From the human T2T-CHM13v2.0 reference genome, Homo sapiens, in assembly GCF_009914755.1 (NCBI RefSeq), contig NC_060937.1: a stretch of 64,000 nucleotides of DNA, one strand, 5' to 3'. Below the pieces are notes generated by a model. The model was not told the DNA's origin. It worked only from the letters and a program-made list of their open reading frames with translations, and searched no databases. The position numbers and the translations under genes are program-made. This document shows, piece by piece, positions 63,755-64,000 of this stretch (position 1 is the stretch's first letter; each line of letters begins with the position of its first letter).

Positions 63755-64000
63755 CTTTAAATGACAACAATTTAAAGATCGAATTGGCTTTTATTAGCCA
63801 TTCTGGAATTGGGTAACATCTCATTTCATGAAACAGAATGAGTGCTCCGATGAGCTGAGCAGAGGAGGCCAGCTTTATAGGCAGAAAGGGACTAAGGAAA
63901 CAGAAGTAGAACAAAAAGTGATTGGTTGTTTCAAAGTGGCTTTCTTTACAGAGTTCAAACAGGGGACTTCTGTATCATGCTGCCTCAGGTAAACTGGGCC
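63755..64000 (-). mobile_element. ERV1-class LTR (MER65/66-like), runs off window
   Basis: ttaaagatcgaattggcttttattagc...gctccgatgagctgagcagaggaggccagctttataggcaga...gtgattggtt (TATA and CCAAT on minus strand); subfamily uncertain. Confidence 0.55.

Overview
Primate (human-like) genomic DNA from inside the P4-ATPase phospholipid flippase gene ATP8A2, transcribed on the + strand. The only coding sequence I can support is one 75-nt internal exon (56000-56074, [26 protein letters not shown]5-M6 region) with canonical AG/GT ends. The rest is intron: at least 56 kb upstream and about 8 kb downstream. The introns hold about 26 Alu/FLAM copies, many L1 fragments, L2/MIR relics, LTRs (THE1, MLT2, ERV1-type), DNA transposons (MER1B, MER2, MER20, MER91, Charlie- and Tigger-like transposase relics) and microsatellites. 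The recognisable ORFs in the supplied track are Alu, L1 or microsatellite artefacts, and the rest match no family I know. I found no evidence of a new multi-gene or prokaryote-type system. The best second-look items are a near-perfect 161-bp tandem duplication 1 kb upstream of the exon (one of three 119-161 bp duplications around it), candidate recursive-splice sites, tightly spaced inverted Alus, a non-repeat CpG-rich patch and a THE1 solo LTR with an intact DUX4 motif. Repeat subfamily names and most repeat boundaries are by-eye estimates, not RepeatMasker output.
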